A DNA stretch of 64,000 bases, taken from positions 1 to 64,000 of the IMG/VR virus record IMGVR_UViG_3300027867_000003, one strand, 5' to 3'. Source of the DNA: a virus. The number at the start of each line of letters is the position of its first letter. The stretch's first letter is position 1. Below the pieces are notes generated by a model. The model saw only the letters and a list, made by a program, of their open reading frames with translations. It made no database searches and was not told the origin of the DNA. A program made the position numbers and the translations under genes. Positions 56,598 to 64,000 of this stretch are shown here, in pieces.

Positions 56598-57106
56598 TCT
56601 GCGGTAATCCCGTTCATGGGAATGGGCTGTGCTCGAAACACTATCAGCGCCAACGCTTTCATGGAGACCCAAATATAATCTTAACTGTTCAAAATAAGGG
56701 GCTATTATGTAGCATTGAAGCTTGCAAAAAATCAGCTTTCACGAAAGGATTCTGCCGACAACACTACGACTCTATCACGGTATACGGCCGGGTCGACTTA
56801 ATAAGACGAGAAAAAGGAACAGGATCTATACATAGCGGCTACGTTTTCATAACTGTAAATGGAGAACAGGTCAGAGAGCACATATATTTAGCTGAAAAAG
56901 CATTAGGAAGAAAATTACCAGAAGGGGCGGTTGTCCATCACATGAATGAAGACGGAACCGACAATCATACTCCATTCAATTTAGTAATCTGTCCAGATAG
57001 AGCCTATCATAACCTACTTCATACCAGAATGCGGCAACTAAGTGGAGTCCCAGCTGTACGACGCAGAAAATCTATTACTGAACATGCTATAGACATTGAT
57101 CTATAG
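56576..57106 (+). CDS. HNH homing endonuclease with HAIDIDL tail
   Basis: C..CG..GLCSKHY repeats; REHI..AEKALGR.L...VVHHMNE..DN..NL..C...H. Confidence 0.85.
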   Translation: MSRKRCIICGNPVHGNGLCSKHYQRQRFHGDPNIILTVQNKGLLCSIEACKKSAFTKGFCRQHYDSITVYGRVDLIRREKGTGSIHSGYVFITVNGEQVREHIYLAEKALGRKLPEGAVVHHMNEDGTDNHTPFNLVICPDRAYHNLLHTRMRQLSGVPAVRRRKSITEHAIDIDL

Positions 57107-57118
57107 ACCACTTTCTAG

Positions 57119-58327
57119 ATGTCAGACTGGATAGAATCTTTTATGGATTCAACTTCCTCCCTTAGGAGTCCCGACTCATTCCGACTGTGGACCGGAATAA
57201 GCATATTAGCGTCTGTTCTAGAACGACGAGTATGGACAGAAACAGATATAGATAAACTGCACCCTAATTTGTATGTTGTACTGGCTGGAGGTCCAGCCAG
57301 CGGAAAAACTAACATGATAAAGAGATCCAGAGCCATGCTAGCTCCAATTAAAGGACTATTCCTCGGTCCCGACGCCCCAACAAAAGCCTCGTTCATCGAC
57401 TCTCTCGAAGCCTCCGCCAAAGTCAGTACCAACGGCAGCGGGATGACCATCTTCTCTGCTATGACCGTTCTCTGCGAAGAATTCGGCGTCTTGATTCCGA
57501 AATACGACGACAGTTTCCTCGCAACCCTCAGCAAACTCTATGACAACGGCCCCATTCACACAGAGCCTCGGCGATCCGTCAAAAGCTCCCGGATCGAGAA
57601 CCCCACAGTCAATATCCTCGCCGCCGCCACCCCAGCAGCGTTATCGACTTTTCCCGAGGCCGCCTGGGGTGAGGGATTCACCAGCCGCGTCGTCTTTGTC
57701 TACGGAACCACTCCCGAAGTATATCGCGACATGTTCGCCAAGAGACCCGAGTCCGACATAGAGAGCCTTCAGAAGGAACTCGATCGCCTCTTCAACGAAC
57801 TCCACGGTCCATTTGAATGGGAAGACGAGGCCCAAGACGCCATCAGACATTGGTTCAACGACGAGAAACTGGCCCCCACCCCAACCTATGGACGGTTGGT
57901 CAATTATCTTGGCCGCCGAAACGAACACACGATGAAGTTATCTATGATCTCCGCGGTCTCTGCGGGCAACGGCCTCACCGTGACATTGAGCGACTTTCTC
58001 CGAGGCCGCCAGTGGCTCCTAGACGCGGAGGAAATGATGCCGGATGTCTTTAGAGCGATGAAACAGAAATCAGATACTCAGCTCATTCAGGACATGCACC
58101 AAGCCATGTGGCAAGAATATGCCAAAATCGCCCGCGACAAACGAGTCGATATGGACGAATCCTGGATGTGGAACTATCTCCGAGAGAAAGTCACCAGTGA
58201 CAAAATCAAAACTATCATCACAGCCGCCGAGAAGTCCGGACTCATTCGCCCATCAGGACTTCTCCCCGGCAAATGGGCACCAGCACCTATTGACCTCGCA
58301 ACCGGCGGAACCAAAGAAAGAACCTAA
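57119..58327 (+). CDS. DUF3987/YfjI-like P-loop helicase (primase-helicase component)
   Basis: PNLYVVLAGGPASGKT, EEFG, LYD, GFTSRVVFV. Confidence 0.75.
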   Translation: MSDWIESFMDSTSSLRSPDSFRLWTGISILASVLERRVWTETDIDKLHPNLYVVLAGGPASGKTNMIKRSRAMLAPIKGLFLGPDAPTKASFIDSLEASAKVSTNGSGMTIFSAMTVLCEEFGVLIPKYDDSFLATLSKLYDNGPIHTEPRRSVKSSRIENPTVNILAAATPAALSTFPEAAWGEGFTSRVVFVYGTTPEVYRDMFAKRPESDIESLQKELDRLFNELHGPFEWEDEAQDAIRHWFNDEKLAPTPTYGRLVNYLGRRNEHTMKLSMISAVSAGNGLTVTLSDFLRGRQWLLDAEEMMPDVFRAMKQKSDTQLIQDMHQAMWQEYAKIARDKRVDMDESWMWNYLREKVTSDKIKTIITAAEKSGLIRPSGLLPGKWAPAPIDLATGGTKERT

Positions 58328-58520
58328 GAAATGACCGCACTTGTCGTTGGAATCGGCTTCTCAACCTTCGGTATAGGAGCCGAACTAATAGCCTTAGTAT
58401 TTATACTAAGGACAAGAAGATCAGATGATATAGCAGGGCTAACATTTGCAGCCATGCTTGGCTGTCTAATCGCCTTCATCGGTGCCACACTCATCATCGG
58501 CTAAGAAAGGAACCTCATTG

Positions 58521-58829
58521 ATGCCTCGTTTAACCGACGCCGAAGCCCAGAGAATAAGAAACAAATACACAAAGATACCCGGAATCACCAACCTGCGTGA
58601 CAGGATATGGATCTTGGTCCATCCAAATGGTGCCGAAATCGCCTTCACGGACTATAATCAGGAAATAACAGGCCACACAGACAACGCCGAAGAATTCCCC
58701 GAACTGGGTGAATTCATTCACTATGGCGGCAATGCCTACTACGTTGTCGGTGAGGCAAATCGCCGGGGATTCTACGTCATCGACGGCGGGCCACACGAGC
58801 CAAAGAAAGGCCCTAAGAAATGTTACTAG
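58521..58829 (+). CDS. hypothetical protein
   Basis: AAAGGA RBS. Confidence 0.55.
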   Translation: MPRLTDAEAQRIRNKYTKIPGITNLRDRIWILVHPNGAEIAFTDYNQEITGHTDNAEEFPELGEFIHYGGNAYYVVGEANRRGFYVIDGGPHEPKKGPKKCY

Positions 58830-59059
58830 TCCGTAAGTTGAAAGAGTTTCGCAATTTGAACTTCAAATGCAACGTTTCGGGATGCAGCAACCCTGCCACG
58901 TTCCGCGGGACATATAAGACACAGTTACACAGCAACGGCCAAATCATAAGCGGCGAACAAGAGTACCAATACTGCACCGCCCACATACCCAAGAACCAAG
59001 AAGGAAGTCTTTGGAAAGAAATACGAGAAGAAATGTCTACCCTATCCAAAACCATTTAA
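58820..59059 (+). CDS. small zinc-finger-like protein
   Basis: CNVSGC...YCTAH. Confidence 0.55.
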   Translation: MLLVRKLKEFRNLNFKCNVSGCSNPATFRGTYKTQLHSNGQIISGEQEYQYCTAHIPKNQEGSLWKEIREEMSTLSKTI

Positions 59060-59077
59060 CGCAGAAGGCTACGCCTA

Positions 59078-59302
59078 ATGCCCGACTTCATCATTCACGT
59101 TCCCGACTGGATCTTCAAATCGTCCCTCCGAGCGCGGAATTGGCTCATCGAGTCATTCGACAGCGCGGTCGGCCGGGGCTCCATCGACATCAGGCCCCTA
59201 GACAAAACTCTGATCCAACATGCCATAGACGAGCTATCCCAATCAAACTACGCCACCAGCTGGGACGTAGCAAAGGACCTAAAGGAGGTATTTTCCAAAT
59301 GA
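59078..59302 (+). CDS. hypothetical protein
   Basis: GAAGG RBS. Confidence 0.55.
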   Translation: MPDFIIHVPDWIFKSSLRARNWLIESFDSAVGRGSIDIRPLDKTLIQHAIDELSQSNYATSWDVAKDLKEVFSK

Positions 59303-59390
59303 CCGCCGAATCCCCTGGCTATGATTGAAAATCTGCACCGCTGAACGTAGGTTCACTGAATTGATCTCGCAGGATTCCAGGGAAGGGAAA

Positions 59391-60224
59391 ATGACCGCTG
59401 TTGATAACAGAGCCAAACGGGCGAACGATGTCCAAAGGATCGTGGGCAGCCTTCCGCTATTAGTTGCGGTCGTCGAAAAGACCGTTAAACTAGACGCTCA
59501 CGGCTTCGGCATTTGCCCCTTTCATAAGGAAGACACGCCCAGCTTTCACGTCTTTCAAAGCAGTAGGTCCTCTCGTGCCAGATACTATTGCTTTGGATGC
59601 AACGCCAAGGGCGACATATTCGACTATATATCTCGTATTCATGGAATGGATTTCAATACAGCCCTGGTTAAATTGTCTAGTCCAAATGTCCTAGATCAGC
59701 TGCCGGTTATTTCTCCCTCCCTGGAACCTGCGAAATCCCAGCCCGATGAAACATTGAGAAGTCTCTTAGATATTTCAGTTGAAGAACTGACAGAGCCTGA
59801 GCCTAAGTTACCCGACGATTCAGCTAAAACAATATCTTGTGAATCTGATTGCCCAAGGTATGCAGAAATTCGAGAAGATTATGACCTCCTATTAGGAGAG
59901 TATCATTCTCTCAGAGCCAAATTGAATATAGGGGATTTTCAACCGTCTGTAGAAAAGACACCGGTTCATGTAGATCCGATTCGTGGCCTAGAATGGCAAA
60001 TAAGACTATTTATTCATAACTTGGAAAGCGAACAGGTTGAAACTAAGGTGAAGGAACATTACAACAAGATATATATTGAGGCTCTAAACATGGTCCTTAG
60101 TTGGATTCCAGGACAAATATATAATCAGTCAGAGAAGCGTAGTGAAAAGGACAATTCGACAGAAGTGCCAGAACCAAATTTGGAAAGTATTAGATTCACC
60201 TACGACATCAAGAAAGGCATCTAA
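59391..60224 (+). CDS. CHC2 zinc-finger protein (DnaG N-terminal-like, no TOPRIM)
   Basis: CPFHKEDTPSF..YYCFGC..GDIF..I....F..A. Confidence 0.75.
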   Translation: MTAVDNRAKRANDVQRIVGSLPLLVAVVEKTVKLDAHGFGICPFHKEDTPSFHVFQSSRSSRARYYCFGCNAKGDIFDYISRIHGMDFNTALVKLSSPNVLDQLPVISPSLEPAKSQPDETLRSLLDISVEELTEPEPKLPDDSAKTISCESDCPRYAEIREDYDLLLGEYHSLRAKLNIGDFQPSVEKTPVHVDPIRGLEWQIRLFIHNLESEQVETKVKEHYNKIYIEALNMVLSWIPGQIYNQSEKRSEKDNSTEVPEPNLESIRFTYDIKKGI

Positions 60225-60228
60225 GATC

Positions 60229-61047
60229 GTGCCCACACTCATCCGAACCTCCATAAAAGACCCCTCGCTCGTTGCCCGGGTCTCCCAATTCCTCCAGGAC
60301 CTCGGTCTTCCGACCTGGATCACCGAATTGGGCGAGGGAAAGCGGCGTTTAGTCAGCCCCAAGGACCTAGAGGCCATCAGACGGCTCGCTGGGGAGGGCA
60401 GAACGACCCGCGAAATCGCCATCGAAATAGGATTCAAGGCCCCTACTGTCCGGGCCGCAATGATCCGACATAAGATCCCAGCTGGCGTCAGACCCGGAGG
60501 TAGGCCAAAATTCCCCGACAAAGAAATCGAAGCCGCATTAGCTGGGGTGAGGAGCCTAAAAGAAGCGACACGTCGAAGTGGAATTCCTCGGTCAACTTTG
60601 AGCCGCCGGCGCCAAGGAGAGTCAACCTATATTCCTAGAACCGCTATCGACCACCCCGCGGTTGAATCAATCCGAAATCACATAGCCCTAGGTAAAACGA
60701 TCTCTGAGACAGCAAACATCCTAGGCATGAAACGCTCAACTGTAGCTAGGATAATGTCGACTCGGGGAATTAAAAGCCTGAATAAACCCGGCGGCCGAGC
60801 GAGACCAACAGTAGCCGTTCCTCTGCCTAAGAAGTTGAGAACAGCGACTAAATCGAAGCCTCGTCGAACAACCAAGGTGATTCCGATGCCACCTAAGGTC
60901 ATTGATCTCGCTGATCGGGAGGCCCTGATTGCAGAGGCCGTTGCAGCTGGTCGTGTAACCCGAATAACCCCGGCTGAGACTGCCGACTACAACACCCTCG
61001 TGGCCCGGTCAAAGGGCCGTGGTTGGAAAAGCAAAGGAATCCGATGA
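60229..61047 (+). CDS. multi-HTH DNA-binding protein
   Basis: TTREIAIEIG, SLKEATRRSGIPRSTL, TISETANILGMKRSTV. Confidence 0.7.
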   Translation: MPTLIRTSIKDPSLVARVSQFLQDLGLPTWITELGEGKRRLVSPKDLEAIRRLAGEGRTTREIAIEIGFKAPTVRAAMIRHKIPAGVRPGGRPKFPDKEIEAALAGVRSLKEATRRSGIPRSTLSRRRQGESTYIPRTAIDHPAVESIRNHIALGKTISETANILGMKRSTVARIMSTRGIKSLNKPGGRARPTVAVPLPKKLRTATKSKPRRTTKVIPMPPKVIDLADREALIAEAVAAGRVTRITPAETADYNTLVARSKGRGWKSKGIR

Positions 61048-61400
61048 TGCCCCTTGTAGAATTCCCTGAAGTCGATCCCATTCAATCTGAGATCACTGAG
61101 CCTGAGGTCCTAAGGGCGGCCCGCCAGAGACTTCGAGAACTAACCGCCAACGTCACTCTAGCTGATCTGAGTTCTATTGATGAGAATCTTCGAATCATCG
61201 CCTATCATCTTCGAAACGCAAGCCGAGAGCCGTGGAAACCCCCGGTTCAAAACAGTCCCCTGAAGTTCATACGGTGCAAAACCTGCGGCAAGGGTCCGAT
61301 GGACGCGCCGCTCTATAGAAATCGCCCCGACGCCAATGATTGGAGCTGTCCCGACCATCTTCCACCAGTCCCCGGATTTCGAATCGGTGACCCTCACTAG
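61044..61400 (+). CDS. hypothetical zinc-binding protein
   Basis: CKTCG...WSCPDH. Confidence 0.55.
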   Translation: MMPLVEFPEVDPIQSEITEPEVLRAARQRLRELTANVTLADLSSIDENLRIIAYHLRNASREPWKPPVQNSPLKFIRCKTCGKGPMDAPLYRNRPDANDWSCPDHLPPVPGFRIGDPH

Positions 61401-61443
61401 CCCCGCAATCCAGAGTTCATCAAGCAATCGAAAGGAGATTAAG

Positions 61444-62058
61444 ATGCCAATGGACCACAATTCCGATTCCATCGACTCCATCGATGTCGGTCATGGAAAG
61501 ATCAGAATCGGTGCCGTGGTTACAATAGTCAACAGACCGGGGCGAAGATACATAGTTTCGTCAATAAATCCGACCTTGCTAACGGCGAACCTAAGTGACA
61601 ACGGCAATGGGTATTATGTCGCCGTTGGGACCTATGATCTAGAGAACCTGAGACCAATAGTAGAGGACCCAAGTATCCTTTGCCTCTGTTATGCGAATGG
61701 GTGCCCTCACAAAGATGAATGCAACGCTGCTGGCTGTTGCACTGAGGCCCGGCTGACCGGCCGCCCACCACCCCATATAGAGCACGCCCTAAAGCCGCCT
61801 AAATCAACTCGTCCGCCTTTAGTTACCGTCTCCGGCGATGGACAAAAGATCTTCCTATACGACCGAGAGTTATCTCCCGAGAGAGCTAAAGAATTGATAG
61901 AGGAATTAGAAACTGCAATGCAAAAAGCGCGCCGAAATAGTCGCTTGACCGAGTTAATGCAAAAGGCTGTTAGTGACTTCGAAACTCTGACACGGGAGCA
62001 GCAGGAGAAAATCCTAGAAACGCAGCGCCTGAGTTGGGCCAAACAGATGTTTGACTGA
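61444..62058 (+). CDS. hypothetical protein
   Basis: AAGGAG RBS; Cys cluster. Confidence 0.6.
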   Translation: MPMDHNSDSIDSIDVGHGKIRIGAVVTIVNRPGRRYIVSSINPTLLTANLSDNGNGYYVAVGTYDLENLRPIVEDPSILCLCYANGCPHKDECNAAGCCTEARLTGRPPPHIEHALKPPKSTRPPLVTVSGDGQKIFLYDRELSPERAKELIEELETAMQKARRNSRLTELMQKAVSDFETLTREQQEKILETQRLSWAKQMFD

Positions 62059-62407
62059 GAGATGGAGGATCGTCGTCATGGCAAAAATAATTACCGAAGC
62101 CCTAAAGTGCTGCATCTGCCTATCGACGTTCACTAGTATTCGAAGACCCAAGGATCGCCGACCTGTAACCTGCGGTACGCCCAATTGCGTCGCCTTGGCT
62201 CGTGGTCGGCACACCGTTGTCAATGACAGTGAATCTCAGTGGCGTGAATTAAGTTCATGGGGGAATATTGAATTTCCCTCCGATCCCGATCCTGGGGACG
62301 GAGGTCCATTGAATCTCCCCCTTCCAATCCATAGTTCCTTCCGATCTTTGACAGGGAACTCGAGTCAATTGGCCCTCCAATCCCCCTTAGCAGGAATAGA
62401 ACCATGA
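62051..62407 (+). CDS. hypothetical zinc-binding protein
   Basis: CCIC...TCG..NC. Confidence 0.55.
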   Translation: MTERWRIVVMAKIITEALKCCICLSTFTSIRRPKDRRPVTCGTPNCVALARGRHTVVNDSESQWRELSSWGNIEFPSDPDPGDGGPLNLPLPIHSSFRSLTGNSSQLALQSPLAGIEP

Positions 62408-62721
62408 CAAAAGATGACGAAATTCGACTCGCCCAAGTGATCCGCGACAAGGGCTCGTTGAGCGAGGACGCCTTTGGCATAGCAGGAGAACTAGCCTTCG
62501 TCCTGAGGCTGCTGCGGGAGGCAACAGAGTGGCGCGACATTGCGACCCTCGACCATCTTTTTGATCTGGTATTGTTGTCCAACAACTTAGACTGTTGGAT
62601 CGGCTACCGAAGATTTGGAGAGGATAGCTGGGAATGGGGGACAAACGAGGAGGACATGTCAGACCTCGTGCCTACTAAATGGCTCCCCCTGCCCGCGCCC
62701 CCGAAGGCGCAAGGCCGATGA
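62404..62721 (+). CDS. DUF551-like protein
   Basis: WRDIAT...PTKWLPLPAPP. Confidence 0.65.
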   Translation: MTKDDEIRLAQVIRDKGSLSEDAFGIAGELAFVLRLLREATEWRDIATLDHLFDLVLLSNNLDCWIGYRRFGEDSWEWGTNEEDMSDLVPTKWLPLPAPPKAQGR

Positions 62722-63350
62722 CCGAGGAAGAGGCGATCGAGCGGGCCGAATGGGTATGGGCCGAAGAAAGCTGCGTAAGACTCGGTGCTACGATTAAAAA
62801 CGGTTGCGTGCAAATCGACATTTGTGACGAGCACGGCAAGCCAATCGCATCTGCAACGGTCGCACCGTATCGGTGGCGACGCATCGCCGCCTACCTCGCC
62901 GCGATGGCCGAAGCGCCGCCGACTTCGTGGACGTGCTTCCATTGTGGTGAGACCTTCACGGATAGCTTGGCCGCACTGGAACATTTCGGGCCTAGTGGGA
63001 TGTCGGACGCGGCTTGTCAAATTGACATCAAAGCCTTCCGAGAAATGGAGGAATTTACCGCACGATGCCGTGCCGAGGACAGCGATACGGACCGTGCCAT
63101 GTACCGGATGCGGGCCGAGAACACCGTCGCATTACGCCGTGAGGAGGAAGCTGGTTACGCAAAAGGTCTGGCCGATGCCCGCAAAGAACTGGCCGAAGCA
63201 CCGCCGAGCGAGGCGGAGGTCGAGAGTGCGCTAGCGGCCTACTTTCCCAACCGAGGCAAGAATGGCTTTTCGCCAGCCGAGAAGGAACACATGCGCGCCG
63301 CCTTCATGGCTGCTCGCCGCGCCCGTTCGCAGGAGATGAAAGATGGCTGA
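62718..63350 (+). CDS. hypothetical protein with C2H-type zinc motif
   Basis: WTCFHCGETF..A.EHFG. Confidence 0.65.
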   Translation: MTEEEAIERAEWVWAEESCVRLGATIKNGCVQIDICDEHGKPIASATVAPYRWRRIAAYLAAMAEAPPTSWTCFHCGETFTDSLAALEHFGPSGMSDAACQIDIKAFREMEEFTARCRAEDSDTDRAMYRMRAENTVALRREEEAGYAKGLADARKELAEAPPSEAEVESALAAYFPNRGKNGFSPAEKEHMRAAFMAARRARSQEMKDG

Positions 63351-63509
63351 GCGCGATAGCATCGGCATCTGGCCGTGCCCGGCCTGTGGTGCCGCTAACC
63401 TCGCTGAAGGCTGGTACAAATGTCTTGAAGATACCGATCACGGTGATTGCGCGCATAACGTCTTAGAAACCCCCTGCCCGAATGACGACTTGTTCGACGG
63501 AGATGAAAG

Positions 63510-63869
63510 ATGACTGACGCCCCGATCGCCGAACAGAAGCTCTCTACACTTCGCAAGGCGCTCACATTGCTAACCTATCGAACCAATGCAGAAAAAGACC
63601 GTGATTGGGCACTCGCCGAACTCGCCGAACTCGCCGCCCTCGACGCTCCGCCGCAGCCCGACCTCGCGGAGATCGGCATGGAGGAACTACGAAAAGCGCA
63701 AACACCCTATCACGCTTCACGGGAAGCGATGCTCGCCGCCTACGCCGCGATGCTCAAGCGCGACCCGAAGGTGCGGGAGCTGATCGGGGCGGCACAGGAG
63801 TACGCCGATAAAGCTGTATCGACGGATCGCCTCCGCGCCGCCCTCGCAGCCTTGGAGAATGAACCATGA
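63510..63869 (+). CDS. hypothetical protein
   Basis: GGAG RBS; GC-rich. Confidence 0.6.
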   Translation: MTDAPIAEQKLSTLRKALTLLTYRTNAEKDRDWALAELAELAALDAPPQPDLAEIGMEELRKAQTPYHASREAMLAAYAAMLKRDPKVRELIGAAQEYADKAVSTDRLRAALAALENEP

Positions 63870-64000
63870 CCGACCTCACCCCGGCCGAGATCATCGCGGC
63901 GATCTACCTAGCCGGCTTCCCGTTCCTCTGGGCGCTGCTGTTCCGACGACCGGCCTGCGCGCTGTTCCGCGCCTTCGGGCTGCTATTCGTGGCCGTCGTG

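Noticed and set aside
35690-58327. Apparent abundance of TCGA/GTCGAC
   Set aside because: Explained by ATC/GTC/CTC followed by GAC/GAA codon usage; not quantified

Overview
The whole window is bacteriophage DNA with two divergent arms and no recognisable host genes. The minus-strand arm (about 98-33430) is a P22-like podovirus morphogenesis module: TerS candidate, TerL, intein-split portal, scaffold, P22-type coat, decoration protein, two gp4-like connectors, a gp10-like tail hub and fibres. It also holds accessory genes: two glycosyltransferase-like genes plus a TylF methyltransferase, an ART-like protein, an HslV-like peptidase and a degenerate second terminase ATPase. The plus-strand arm (about 34470-64000) carries early and replication genes: cobS/cobT-like pair, ParB-like proteins, PD-(D/E)XK nuclease, AAA ATPase, SSB-like protein, two DNA methyltransferases, a split UDG-exonuclease/PolA polymerase, a helicase-like protein and HNH endonucleases. 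The arms are separated by a symmetric A-tract control region (about 33800-34420). An alphaproteobacterial host is inferred from the cobS/cobT and DUF6362-like genes. No integrase or lysis cassette was recognised. The most striking unexplained signal is a shared C-terminal peptide (basic patch followed by AIDI(G)DL(F)) on nine unrelated ORFs, with a tenth copy inside CobS, conserved at protein rather than DNA level. Six fibre-region proteins also carry Sec-type signal peptides. All family calls are from motif recognition by eye; no searches were run.
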